From the NCBI GenBank assembly GCA_002104945.1, contig MCFH01000042.1, forward strand, positions 372,001 to 436,000: 64,000 bases of DNA, given 5' to 3'. The stretch comes from Piromyces finnis finn (Eukaryota; Fungi; Neocallimastigomycota). The stretch's first letter is position 1. Every line of letters begins with the position of its first letter. Below the pieces are notes generated by a model, which did not search any database, was not told the origin of the DNA, and saw nothing but the letters and a program-made list of their open reading frames with translations. Position numbers and translations under genes: made by a program. Positions 22,527-37,038 of the stretch are shown one piece after another.

Positions 22527-24346
22527 TTATTTCTTTCCAAGATTAGCATTAATAAAGTTTCTATAGGCAATATCTTCCATAACACTTTGAGTTTTTTCGG
22601 TATCATCTATTATAGATAAAAAATTGATTATAATTTTTTTTTTTTTTATGAAATAGAGTCAAGGTTAGATTTTTTTAATCCTACTATATATATATTGATA
22701 TTATATATGTATCTATATTTTTACCTCTGTAATTATTAACATCATCATCACTAAATTCTTCATCATCAGAATCAACAGCATTACCTTCCTTGGAAATATT
22801 CATATCTTTCATTAATTTTGTCAAGTTTTCTTTCTTTCTCTTTTCATCTTCACTCATCTAAAAATTATTTTTATATTGATTTATTAGGAGGAGGTCTTTC
22901 ACTAAAAATTAATTATCTATTTAGTACCAGGTATTTTTTTTTTTTAATTACCTTTGCCTTAATCATACGTTCTAATTCAGGTTTATATTCAGTTTCGTAT
23001 TCATGAACAGATTCCTTTAAAGTTTCAAAGAATTCATCCATACCTTCACCAGTAACAGCGGAAACTCCACTAACCTTGAGTGAATTATAAAATTCTTCCA
23101 ACATAAGACACATGGAATTAACTAAAGATCCCATATAAGTGGTATTATCTTGAAGAGCATTTTGGAAACTTTCATAATCTGTCATCCATTCAACTGCAAA
23201 ATCATGAGATACAACATCAGTCTTATTAAATACTATAACAAATGGAAGTTTGGTTTTATATAAAATACTATTTTTTTTTTTTTAAAAAAGAAATAAATTT
23301 TAGGGATTCAAAATTATCGATATATTTTAGTATTTCATATATAAAAATTTATATAATCAAAATATAAATATTATATATATATATAAAACTTGTTGTTAAA
23401 GAGGTACCTGCAAGCGTAAAGCATATTTGACATAAAGGTAGCTGGACTAGTAGATCTTGGAGTATCAATGATATAAGCAACAACAGTTGGGTATGAAGCA
23501 GCTAAGGTATCAGTAATAATAGCACCAGAAGCAGACCATGTGAAAATTTCAATTTGTCCTGGTGTATCTAATAAAATATAACTATCATTTTTATTTATAT
23601 ATAAAAAGAAAAAAAAAAAAAAATTAATAAAACTCTCATATTTTTTTTTTTTTAAAAAAAAAATTATTTTATTTATACTACGGTAGGTTAACTTACTCAA
23701 CATCCTTGGATCTTTTTTCAATAAAATCTAAAACTTGGTCAAATTTCGTAGTAAATAAATTTAATGAAGTTAAAATACCACCATTTGGTCCAAGATTATA
23801 TCTATTTTAATTTATGAGTTTATAAGAAAAATGTTAAAAACCAATAAAATGCTTGAAAATTTGTTTTCTTTTTACATCTTTTCGTAAATAGAATATAGAG
23901 TTTGTTTTAATTATTGATTGAATAACCTACTCTTTCATAACTTGTTTGTAATTAACAGTATCACGAATATCAATATTAGCTCCAAATGGAACTTGAGAAA
24001 CAGCCGGATCCAAATTTAATAAATAACCATTTTTACCATTACTATGAATGTATGAATTTACTCTCTTTTTTTTTTAATTATTAAAAAGAAAAAAATTTCA
24101 TGAAATAAATAAATAAACAATATAAAATAGTTGTTATCCGTTATTATAGTTATTATGAATATTATCAATTCTTTTGTATTTTATTATATATAAATATTAT
24201 TTTTAAATCTTATTAATTCTATTTTTTTTTTTTTCATATATATTTACTTGAATGAAAGAGGTTTTACCAGAACCGGCCATACCAATGCAAATAATAACGG
24301 TTGGCTTCTTTTCACTACTTGAAGAAGATTCGTTGGTGCTTGACAT
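22527..24346 (-). CDS. GPN1: GPN-loop GTPase 1 (Npa3/XAB1), 7 exons
   Basis: [10 protein letters not shown]-loop, [30 protein letters not shown] (GPN motif), [27 protein letters not shown], acidic C-terminus. All introns are GT-AG and in frame. Confidence 0.96.
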
Positions 24347-25790
24347 TTTATTTTCTTTGTATTATGAATTGATATAATTGACTGTTATATAGTGCAATAA
24401 AAAATTTTTTTATTATTATATTATATTTTAGTGTTTAGATTATTTATATATTTTCAAGGTAATAATAAAACAAATTTTTAATTAAAACGTTATATTCCGT
24501 ATGCTTATACAGTACTAATTTTAATTTTAAAATGGAAAATGAATTTCTTTTTTCTAATATATTTATATTTTTAATTTAATATTTACTTTTAACTTTAGTA
24601 TACAAGATTTTTTATTATATATAAATATATATATATATATGTATTTTTTTTTATTCCAAATGTTGATAATGCGATTTCAATTCAAAATTAGTTTTGGTAT
24701 ATTTTTTTAAATGAAATTTAATCAGATTTTTAAATTTTGAATCTTTTCTTTTTTTTTATTAAAATTTAAAATTTAATATTAAATTAAAATTTTTATAATT
24801 TTTTTTTTTTTTTTGGTGTGTGGAATAAACCAATAAAAATTTTGGATATTTTTTTTTTCTATCAAAATTCCATTTCATTTTTAATATTAAAAAAAGGAAT
24901 GAAGGTGGTGATGGTGGTGATGGTTTGTGGTTGGGGGTAATTTGATGGTAACTTGCATTTTAAACATAAGGAAATACTTTAAAAAGAGAATATAAATAAT
25001 CATTTATATATCACCTTGTTTTAATTAAAAAAAGAAAAATAAACGTTAACGTTATAAATAAAAAAAAAGTCACTTTTTAATTTTTAGTGTAAATCATTCT
25101 ACACTTTCTTTTTACTAATTAATTGATGCCAAACTTTTATACTATATATATATATTTATATCTTTAGCTTCTCTCTTTTTACTTTATTCTACTTTTATAA
25201 ATGTTTATTTGTATTCAATACTATATTTTCCTTATATAAACAATTATTATATATAAATAGTTTATATTCCCATTAAATCCCATTTTATAAATTTATAAAA
25301 GTTTAAAACAAGTTTTAAATACATATCTCACTTTCGAAATTACAACAGTGACTTTTATAAATATCATTATAAAAAAAAAATTATAATATAGTATTATAAA
25401 ATTTTGTTTCATCTAATACACATAATCTTTCAATACTTTTTTTTTTTCTTTTCTTATACTAAAAAAATTATAATAAAATATATAATTTATTTTTTTTTTA
25501 AACTAAAAAAAGGTATTCATAATTTATTGGATTATAAATAAATAAGTATACAATTAATTTTATCTATTTTTTCTGTATTATAAATATAGGGTTTTTTTTT
25601 CCTCCTCAAATTCGATTTGAAAAAAAATGACTGATTTATTAAAATATAAAATATATAATATTCTCTATTGATATATGGGGGTAGTATCTTTTTTCTTAGA
25701 AAGAAATAAATTAAAAAAAATATAAAAGCGTGTGCATGATTTTTGAATATATAGATAATTTGTATTTAGATGAGATGAATATTAATTGAC

Positions 25791-26140
25791 TTATTTGCTG
25801 TAGAATAAAAGTTTTTCAATAAGATCAACGTGAGTTAAAACCATTCTTCTGCAACAGTAACGTTTTAAACCAAGAGCGTCAAGAGCTTGACTATTTATTA
25901 AAGATGAAATAAATAAATAAAAAAAAAAAAAAAAAGAAAAATCCAAAAATATTATCATACCAAAATTATACATATAAAAAAACATAATTTAAAATTAATA
26001 TTGAATTTTCTTTAATTTTATATTAACAATACAATTATTCCTTACCCTTCAGTATATTCTTGTTGAAGTAAATCTAAATATTTTTCCCAAAGGTTACCAA
26101 TAACCTTACCACAAGAGAAACAACGAACTGGAATGATCAT
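25791..26140 (-). CDS. RPB10: RNA polymerase I/II/III subunit RPB10 (RPABC5), 2 exons
   Basis: [25 protein letters not shown]...[26 protein letters not shown]. Exons 26140-26046 and 25890-25791. Confidence 0.97.
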
Positions 26141-28320
26141 TTTATAAAACTATATATTTTAATATTATATAAAGTTAATATTGATGACTTTAAATTATTT
26201 TGTTTCAATTTATTTCCAACCCTTTCTTTACAACCACTTTTTTTTTAAAAAAAAAAATAAATAAATTTCCAAAATTATTTAGTTTAGATTGATTTTATTT
26301 TTAAATAAAATTTACCTTTTTTTTTTTTTAAAAAATTTAATTGATAAAGAAAAAAAAAATTTTTTTTTTTTTACCAAACAATAAAAACTTTTTTTTTTCA
26401 TCCATTTGAAATGCTCATGTGATTTATATCATCAATACTAATATAAATATGTAATAATTCCATAGATCAACATTAATTTATGATTGATAAATTTTTTTTA
26501 TTTTTTTTTATTTTTTTTAAATCTTTATTTTTTATCATTTTGACCAATCATATTCTAAGAAATTTTACACATTATCAAATGAATTTAAAAAAAGATTCTT
26601 AGCAACAAACTAAAAATATGCTGGTTTGTTTTAGGAGAAAGGTGGTGAAGGAATGAAAACAACCTTCATTTTGTGTTTTAAACCAATTTTAAATAAAAAA
26701 AAAAGCAAAAAATAAAAATAAAATTGGTTTGTTTTAATTTTATTTAAATAAAAAGAAATTCAAGAAATATTTAAAGTATTTTATGTGTATTTTTTATTTT
26801 TTATAAAGTGTTAATGTTTGCCATGCTGTGCTTAACAGTATTTAAATTAATAATGAAATATGAGTGTATCTACATTTATTTTAATGTATTTATTTTTATT
26901 AGGAGAAATCAAGGTTATAAATAATTTTATGGAGGAGGAGAAGGAAGTGGATTCCATTCAAAAAAAAAAAAATAGAAATTGTAATCATTGTAATAATGCT
27001 CCATTGGTTTAAAATAAAAAACTGATTTCTTCATTAAATTCTATTTGCAACTTTTACATAACGTCTATTTAACCGTTCGTATTAATAAAGCATTAATTGC
27101 TATTGAAAATTCTTTCTTTTTCATAGCTAAAAATGATTGACAAAGAAAAAATTAATAAAAACAAAATTTTCCTGGTTTAATCGCTAAAAAAAAAATTTTT
27201 TTTTCAAAATTTTTTTATTTCTTTATTTTCCATTTTTTTAAAAAAAAAAAAGATAAAAAGTGTATTATACTTTTTTTTAGAATTTCTTATATAAAAACGT
27301 TAAAAAAAAAAAAAAAAAGAAAAAAGCATTTCTTTTCATAATAAATATAAGAATATTATAAATATAAATATATTTTTTATTTCCTTTTTTTTTATATTTA
27401 TAATTAAAATTAAACATTTGAATTTATTGAATTTCAAATGAAATATAAAGAATAAGGTTTTTATATAAGAACTACATACTTTGACATTTATTTATTAAAA
27501 AATAAAGTAAATATATTGACTCTCTTTCATTCTTTGTAAAATTAAAGAATAAAAAAGTAGTATATAAATTGCATTGAAGAATTAAAATATGTATATACAT
27601 ATATAACAATATTAATAATATATTAAAAAAAAATAATAAAAATGAATCATTGCATTTTCAATTTTATAACATTGGTTATAATACATAAAAAATTTAAAAT
27701 ATTAGAACCTTGAAAAAAAAAAACAAAAAAACAAAAACAAAAACAAAATATTGTATACAATATAAAAATATAAAAAAAATGAAATTTGGAATGAAAGATA
27801 TTGAAATAAAATTCTTAAAAGTATAACCCATTTAAACAACGATAATAAAATGTATATATATAAAAGGTTCGGAGAGTATAATAAAAATGGAAAATAAAAT
27901 AAATATATTCGATAATGAAATACTTGAAAAAAAAGGAAAATAATAATATTCATATATAATAACACTAAAAAAAGAATTTAAAAAATTAATTTTGAAAAAG
28001 TGTAACAAAAATTAAAATGCAATGTACTACTATTACTACTTTTATTATTATATATGATATTAAATATAAATTAAATTATGCATAATAAATAAAATAAAAA
28101 CCAAAAATTATTTAAATATCGACATAAAATTATATTAAAACTTAGAAAAAAAAAAAAAAAGTTAAAATTAATATTTATATTTTTTTCTATTTTTTTTTAT
28201 TATATGAAATATATTATAAATTTTTTATTATCTATTAAGGGTTAACAGAAAGGAAGAAAAAATAATATTTTTAAAGAGGAAAAAGAATTCAAGAGATAAA
28301 GAATAATATACTTTTACAAA

Positions 28321-31300
28321 ATGATGAAAACAGCCCCTGCCAATAATTCTTTCAACAAATCTAAAGTTGATGCTGCTTTAACTAAAAATGGAAATAATCT
28401 TTTCATTTTACAACAAAGACGAGTTCATTTTAAACTTTCTACTCGTCCAGATAGACAACAAGAACTTTTAAAAAAGAAATATTCCCCAATTAATAATCCA
28501 GACGCTATTGGATTTAAAAATGACAAACAAAAAGTAGCAAAGACTCAAGCTCAAGTGGAAGACGAAGCTCAAGAAAATGAATTTCAAAAACCAACTTCTG
28601 TTTTATATAGAAAAGATAAACTTAATTTACATTGGAATAAAATAACTTCAATTGGTGCAGGGTTAAGAAACTTGGGTAACACATGTTTCTTGAATTCTGT
28701 ATTACAATGTTTAACCTATACTCCACCTCTTACAAATATACTTTTAGCTTCTGAACATGGAAGAAAATGTAAAAAATTGAATTTTTTTTATAATATATTT
28801 AAAAAAATTAAAATACACTTTATCGATAGCTATTTTTTTTTATTTTCAATTTATTAAAGAGTTGTAGATAGCTTTTTTTTTTTTCTTTTCTTAATTTATT
28901 AAAGAATCAAAAACATCTTAATTAACGGATAGATACTAATTTTTAAATTTATTAAAAAATTAAAATAACATAAAAAATAACGTATGTAATACATATAAAT
29001 TGATTCTCTACATCATCATATATTATTAAAGGTAAAACTCAACAATTCTGTATGATGTGTGAAATGGAAAATCATGTTGCTATGGCATTAGGTTCTGGAA
29101 AGTCATCAGTTGTACCACGTTCTATTGCATCAAGAATAAAAAGTATGTACTCTATGTGAATGGAAAAAATAAAAAAGTATTGAAAATATTAATTATTATA
29201 TACATTCTAATTTCGATTATCAATAGATATTGCTAAACATATGAGAATTGGTAGACAAGAAGATGCTCATGAATTTTTAAGATTTGTTATTGAAGGTTTA
29301 CAAAATAGTGTTTTACGTGGTTACGAAAAGTAATTAGAGAAATAATCCATATATTTATAAATCTATTAATTTTTATAGTTTTTTAGTTTAATAGATAATT
29401 TTATACATTTTTAATTAAATCCTAATAACAACTTTTTTATTTTATTATTATTGCCAATCATTTATTCAATAGATTAGACAATAGAATAAAAGAAACCAAT
29501 ATGATTTATCAAATCTTTGGTGGTTATTTACAAAGTCAAGTCAAATGTCTTGAATGTAAATATAATTCAAATACATATGATCCATGTTTAGATTTATCAT
29601 TAGATTTTAAAGGTTGTGACAGTGTTAAACGCGCATTAGAACTTTTTGTTAAACCAGAATTACTATCGAAAGGCAATAAATACAAGTGTGAAAGGTAAGT
29701 CGATTTTAATTGATAATATTAACATTAAAATGTAATTTATTATAATCTAATCCTTTATTTTTAATATTAAAAAAAAAAAAAAAAGATGTAAGAAACTTAC
29801 TAATGCACAAAAGCAAATTACTATATATCAAGCACCAATGGTTTTAACCATTCAATTAAAGCGTTTTGATTTTGCAAGATCATTTTATGGTGGCGGAAAA
29901 ATTGGTAAATTTGTTTCATTTGATGAAGTATTGAATTTAAGTCCATACATGACAAAATCACAGGTAAGACTATAGAAAATGATAGAAACCCTATTTTATT
30001 CTATGCTAATAGAAGATATTAAATGAATAATAAATACAAATATATTATTTTTAAATTATGCAATTAAAACCTTTATTTTCTATATCATTTTAATATTTTT
30101 ATTAATAATAATTATATATATATATTTTCTGCTATTTTTAGCAAGAAACACCAATATATCATTTATATGCTGTTTTAGTTCACTCTGGAAGTTCATGTAA
30201 TTCAGGACATTATTATTGTTTTGTTAAAAATTCAAATGGTATTTGGTATGAAATGAATGATTCATCAGTAAGCCAAGTTAGTTTAAAGACTGTCTTAAGA
30301 CAACAAGCTTATTTATTATTCTATGTTAGAGATCCTTCATCAATTAAGAAGCACTCAAAGGTAAATACTTGTTTTACTGTTATCGAATATAGTAAATATA
30401 GGGGGGGGGGGGTGTTTTTTATATATATATAGGGTATTAATATATATAATTTTTATTTAATAATAATTATAATATTATATAGAAACAACAACAAGAAAGT
30501 GAAAATACATCCAATGAGAAGTTCATGAATGCTTCTAATAAGAGAAAATTAGAAGAAATTACTAGAGAATTAGCCCATCCAAAGAAGGAAATTCAAAAAC
30601 CAGTTATGAAGAGTAGTAAATTAGATGAAGAATTAAAGAAAGAGTTAAATAAAAACAATATGGAAGAACCATTAGCCAAGAAATTAAAAACTTCACACAA
30701 TAAAAAAGTTGATGAAGAGAAAAAGGAAAAAGAATCCGTTAAAATTAATGATGGTATCAATGAAGAATTGGGGGTTCGTATTAGTAGAAAGAAGCTTAAG
30801 AAACTTAAGAAGGAAAAACTTCTTGCAAAGCAAAAGGAATCCACTAATGCTAAACAAGCTTTATTAAATTCTTTATTAAAATCAACCTCTACTACTACCA
30901 AGGAAGCTACCTCTGAAAGTAATAAAAAGGAATCTCAAAAGATATCCAAAAATTCAAAGAATAAAACACTTGATAAAATTATACATAATGCCTACAGTGG
31001 AAATACCTATTCAAGTAGTTTATATCCAAAGGTTGAATTTAAATCTAATAATTGGGAAGTTTCAGATGTTAGTCCTAGCGTGGCTGCTGGCAGTCATAAA
31101 GAAACCAATGCTATTAAATCAAAGAAATCTGTTCTTAATAAGATTAGCAATTGGATTATTGAAGAAAAGAAGGAGGATGAAAATGATATGAGTCATGAAA
31201 TTATTAATCATAATGATGATGATGAAGAATATGTTGTTAAGAACCAAGTAATGGAAGGTCATGCCGATAGAGGTGAAAGTGCTCCAGTAGTAACTTGGGA

Positions 31301-31957
31301 TGAACGTTTAGAATCTAAACATGAAAAATTAGATCGTGTCATTGCTCGTGAATCTGCTCATAAAGAAAAATCTGGTGAATTTGAAGTTGAAAAATCAAAT
31401 ACCGTCTATGGTACTAATGGTAAGATTATTCAATCCCACCATCACCTTTTATTTAATTTTTATTTTTTTTTTTTTTTATTTTTATCTTATTTTTATTTTT
31501 TTATATTTAAAATATAAATTTATTTTGTAAAAAAAAAAAAAAAAAAAAGTTATTAAAAAATTTATAATTTATTTATATGTTTATTAAAAAAAAAATAGTT
31601 GCTTTATGGGGTGAAGAAGAAGTTTCAAATGAAACTGCTTATGAACGTGAAGAATTCTTAGAAAGTACAAAGATTAGACATAAGAAACCTGATAATTGGG
31701 ATATGGAATTGGATGCTGGTAAGGTTAAAAAGACTAAGAAGGATAAGATGGAAAGAAGTGGTGATCCAAGAGTTCGTCAAGAAATGGTTCACTTTGGCTT
31801 CCGTCATAAACAAGAAATGATGAATAAAAATAAAAGAGTAAGTTGTAAAACAATTAAAATATAGTATATCTATTTTAGTTTCGTTTTTATTTTTGTTATT
31901 TTTTAATATATATATAATATCTATATGTATATATATTTTTATAAATTAATGATATTG

Positions 31958-31990
<33 letters not shown>

Positions 31991-32117
31991 TATTTTTTTT
32001 AATTAAAATTTCAATTCCTATTAATAGAAACTTGAAGAAGCTGTTAAAATAAAACAAACTCAGAAGAAGAAGAAATTAAGAAAGATGAAAAATAAGAAAT
32101 TAATGAGAGATGATTAA
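28321..32117 (+). CDS. Ubiquitin C-terminal hydrolase (USP/C19), USP36/USP42-like, 9 exons
   Basis: Cys box [46 protein letters not shown], His box [17 protein letters not shown]. Long Lys-rich C-terminal region ending in exon 32029-32117. Confidence 0.92.
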
Positions 32118-32888
32118 AATCAACCTATCATTTCATATAAGAAATAGAACGAAAACCTAATCTTTTAGAATAATATTATCTATTTTTTTTTCTTTTATTA
32201 TTATTATTTGTTAATTTTTATTTTCATATATATATTTTATTATTATAAGCAATGATTTAGTAATTTAAAAAAAACCAACTTTTATTTTTTATTTTATTTT
32301 TGATGTATTAATTTAACAATTTTTTATTTATCTATATATAAAGACATACTATATATATATATTTATATATAAAAATATAAAATATAATTGACTTTATTTG
32401 AATGTTTAAGATTTTTTTTATTTTATTTTATTTTATTTTATTTTAAATTAATATCTATTATAATTATTTTTATTATTAAATTTTGTTATAAAAGGGATTA
32501 TTCATAATAATAGTTAAATTTAAATGGGATAATAAATTAATATTTTTTTTTTTTTTTTAGATGTCATTGTATATTTTTTAAGTGCTTTTTATTTTTCTCT
32601 TTATTTTTATTATTATTTTTTTTTCATTATAATAAAATATAAATTTAATTGTATATATATGTTAAACTTTTTTTCTTTTTTTGTTTTTTCTTTTTTGTTA
32701 TTATTTACATTTTTATATTTTTATATTTAGGTGTAGGATTATAGAGTTATATTTTGTTTTAAATATAAAAAAATTATATTTTTTTTATCATTTCTATAAT
32801 TTATTGGTTATAAAAAGAAAAAAAGAGTATATTTTTAAAAAGTTCTATTATTGGTAATTTTAAATAAAGTTTCAATTTTTATTAATAC

Positions 32889-32920
<32 letters not shown>

Positions 32921-32975
32921 AAATGGATGTAAAGAATGTAAAAAAAAAAAAAAAAAAAAGAAACCAAGATTATTT

Positions 32976-33392
32976 TTAGTCTAATAATAATTTTTGTTTT
33001 TGTAGTTGATCAACCATATATAAAAATATGATACTAAGAAGTGCAGATATTAAAAATATAACATCAAACCATCTTTGGTAAAAATCAAATTCAATTGATT
33101 TTAACACATCTGTAATTATTGTACTTTAAAAATATTAATGTTAATATTTTATATACAAATACTTACAATTATTCAAATAATAATAATAATAATGATAAAA
33201 AAAAAAAAGAGTGTATGACTTACCGATATTGTGGTGGTAAATTCATTCTCATCATTAATACAAAACTTAAGAAATATGTTCCCATAAACCAAGCTAAAAA
33301 TAATACAATATTATCAGGGGATAATGCCTTAGAATAATTTTGGAAAATCTTGATGTTTTATAAAAAAATAAATTATATTTTTAAGATGAGTT

Positions 33393-33437
<45 letters not shown>

Positions 33438-33973
33438 ATTATAATTAAAAATAATTATGAAAAAAACTTACCGTCATAATTTGAATTAATAAACTTCGAA
33501 TGGATACAAGAATTAAAACTCCAATAAATATAAAACTAAGTTGTTTTGACCAAACATTAACATCAATATTTAATTGAAAGTATTGAATAACAATATCTAA
33601 ACCACTGGTAATTGGATCAGTTTCACCAATACGATTAAATAAAATATTAATTACAGTCTATGCAATATTTATATATTAAATAAATATAATAAAAATAATA
33701 ATAACAATAATAATAAAAAAGGAATATTTAGATAATTTTTCATAAATATTGTTTATAATCCTAAATTTAGGTAGATAGAATCGATTTAATTTGTTTAAAG
33801 AATTCATTTAAAATATAGATATACTAACTGTTACAATTTTGTAAAGACAATAACCGGAAAAGAAATAACCTAAAATATTATTGTATTTTCCTTGTAATGT
33901 TTTGGAAAATGCAATTTTATCCTATATAATAATATTATATATTAGTTCATATACATATATGTAATATATATTC

Positions 33974-34004
<31 letters not shown>

Positions 34005-34608
34005 CTATTTTTTATTTTTACCTTTTCAATGTATAGTTCATCAATAGCTTGGAATAGTTGTCTATTAAATAATTCAAGTTCTTGAATTTCTTCACTCAAT
34101 TTACTTACTGTTAAAATATTTAATTTGATAAATAAATTTTAGGTTTTAAAGATGGATTAATTTTATTTGGTTTACACACATTACACATTTCTATATAATT
34201 TCAATCATATTATAGTTTTCTTACTTTCGTTTGTTTTTGGTTTAAATATATTAAATAATTGGGTAAGTGATTGTTTTTGATATTGTTGCTCTGATTCCAT
34301 ATACTAAATTTTATATTAAGAAATGAATATAGAAATTAATATTAAAAGAGTGTCACTTTTTCATTATAAAAATTTTATTTTCAATTTTTATATTATTAAC
34401 GTTATTATTATTATTATTAGTTTTTTTTCCTTTTTTTTTTTTATTATTATAATTTTACTTTTTCTTTTAATTTTAATAGTCTTTTCTTTTTCATTAGTAT
34501 ATTTTCCATTGTTTTTTGATATTTTCTTTCTGCAACATTGATATCATTTTTAGTAATTGGTCTGAGTTTTTGAGTTTGATCGAGAATTAAAAACAAAACA
34601 AAACAAAA

Positions 34609-34642
<34 letters not shown>

Positions 34643-35711
34643 GATTTAGAAAATGAAATATTATATATAAAGATATAATATTTATATAATATTATTTTTA
34701 AAGGCAGAATATATATATAAATATTAATTTCTTTTTTTTCATTTTGTATTTCATAATTTCTATTTTCAATATTATTTTCGTATTACTTTATAAATATTGA
34801 AAGTGCGGTGTAAGGACTGTTCACAGCACCAAATCCCGATAATATAGCCATAAAAGTTACTCCAAAAATCCCTACACGCCCAATACCTTCAGTTAAGGTA
34901 TTAATATCTTCAACTAATCATAAATTTGTATACATTTTAATAATTATTGGTATGTTCTTTTAATTATTATATTGGAAAATAATTTATTTTGAAATGAAAA
35001 AAAAAATTACGTTGTGCGTATTTGGAATAAATAGGGAAATATACTGAAATTTTCCAAAATATAAGCAAGTATAATATATATAAAATGTTGGTAATAATTA
35101 AGCGAATATGATGAACTATTGTTTATAGAAATATAAAAATTAGCAGTTAGATTTTGTGAAATCGTTATGAATTTTTATAGTTTTTTCTTTTTTTTTTTTT
35201 TTTATTAAATAGAAAAATGTTGGTTACTTTTTGTAAAACTACATAAGGAATAACTTTGATAAAAGGGAATAATAATGGATACAAGTGCTAACATGAAATA
35301 AATAAACAATTTCCAATAAAATCTTCTTGCGCTATTGTTAATATAAAAGACGAAATTAATTATCCATCCAACAAAAGATTTCCATAAAAATTTGTATATA
35401 TATAAAGGTATGTATATTTAAAAATTGAATTGAGATGCATATTGAATTTACCTTAAGCTTAATATATCAGTAATTTCAAAAATAACTAATTCGAAAAGCG
35501 AGCAACTACCTGCGAATACTAGAGAAAATAGCATTCGTACAAAATTATTCTTAACTTCATAATCGGTATATAATTTATTTTCAAAAAATAGATGACCAAT
35601 GATATAATAGACAACAAATAATATTAAAAGTAAAATGCCTGAATATAATAATGAAAATATTGACGTCTTTATATCGAGTGATTCATAATTATATGATGCA
35701 CTATTATCCAT
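32976..35711 (-). CDS. GPR89: Golgi pH regulator / GPR89 (GTG-like) membrane protein, multi-exon
   Basis: [112 protein letters not shown]. Confidence 0.92.
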
Positions 35712-35780
35712 TTCTATATAATAATATAGTATGTTTATATTTTATCTAGTTTGTAATGTATATAAATATTTTATTTATGC

Positions 35781-35827
<47 letters not shown>

Positions 35828-37038
35828 TATTTTAAGTTTATTTTTTTTTCACTTTTTTTTTTTTTATTTTTTTTATTTTATAATAATTATTATTTTATTT
35901 TAGTATTTTATTCTTTATTTTATTCTGTTCTACTTTTTAATGTTATGTTGATGTATGAAATGAATTTGTTTTTTTTTTTTTATTTAACTAAAAATTTGTT
36001 ATAAACAAAAGGGTTTCAAACATTACATATCAAAGACTTTGTTACTACTTCTACTATTGTTGTTTATTATTGTATGGCGATAGTATTTAAATATGTATTT
36101 TTTTTTAAAGATTGAATAAAAGTAAAATAGTTTTACTTTTTTTTTTTTAATTCAATTTTATCCAATATATGTAATAATAGTGAAATAGGTTCTTTATAAA
36201 AAATGATAATTCCAATTTATTATTTTTTTTTATTTTATCTTGTTTTATTATAACTCTTTCCTTAATCTCTTTCTTTCTTTTCTTTCTCTCTCTCTTTTTT
36301 TTTTTTTTTTATTATTTTTATTAGTAGTATGTATCTTTTAAAACAAACAAAAAAGTGAAAAAGTGAATATAATAATAATAATAATAATAATTATAAAATT
36401 TAATTTATATTTAATAATTTTAAAAACTACGGAAAAAATAAATATAAAAAAAAAGAGTTAAATATTTGACACCTTTTTTGCATTAGTGTAAAATTGACTT
36501 TAAAATGGAGTTAACACAAAAAAACTTTTTACAAATATAATAATAAGATAATAATAGAAAGGATGATTGAATTATATATATATGTATTTCTTTTTATATA
36601 TTTTATTTATCTAAGAGGATATATAACAATGAATATAAAAATAAAATAGTAAAAAAAAAATGAAAAAAAAAAACAAATCTTTATATATTTTTAAAATTTT
36701 AAAAAAGATGTGCTTAATTTTCTTTTTCTTTCTTTTTTTTTTTTTTAAATTGAAATAAATATATATCTATAAAAACCGTGGTTTAAAAGAGTAATAAAAT
36801 TAAAATAAAAAAAATTATTAGGATGATTTTTTTTCAAGTTATTATTATTCTTCTTTTCTTTATAGGTATATAAAGATATCATAATAATAACAATAATAAA
36901 TGGAATTATAATTTACGATATGAATAATTTAAAAATATAATAGCTTTTAATTATTAAATAATATTTTAAAATAATTTATGATGAATTACTTTTTTTTTTT
37001 TCTTCTTCTTATTCTTCTTAATATTCTATTAAAATAAA

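Noticed and set aside
24895-24952. G-rich GGTGGTGATGG tract between GPN1 and RPB10 as a G-quadruplex
   Set aside because: It has mostly GG doublets, so only a weak two-tier potential, and there is no other support.
25650-25797. Possible extra RPB10 exon via a non-canonical GC donor, since the protein ends early at LLFYSK
   Set aside because: The donor GCAAAT is weak and the candidate downstream exon does not give the conserved YNPLE ending. The in-frame TAA is the simpler reading.
26677-26730. 12-bp inverted repeat AAACCAATTTTA/TAAAATTGGTTT as a MITE
   Set aside because: It is too short, AT-rich, has no TSD and encloses only poly(A).
27702-27965. Hydrophobic F/I/L/Y-rich ORFs here and at 5634, 15527, 18161, 21957, 22305, 33119, 34323, 35756, 46818 and 49649
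   Set aside because: They are low-complexity translations of AT-rich intergenic or intronic DNA, or antisense to real genes, with no conserved motifs.
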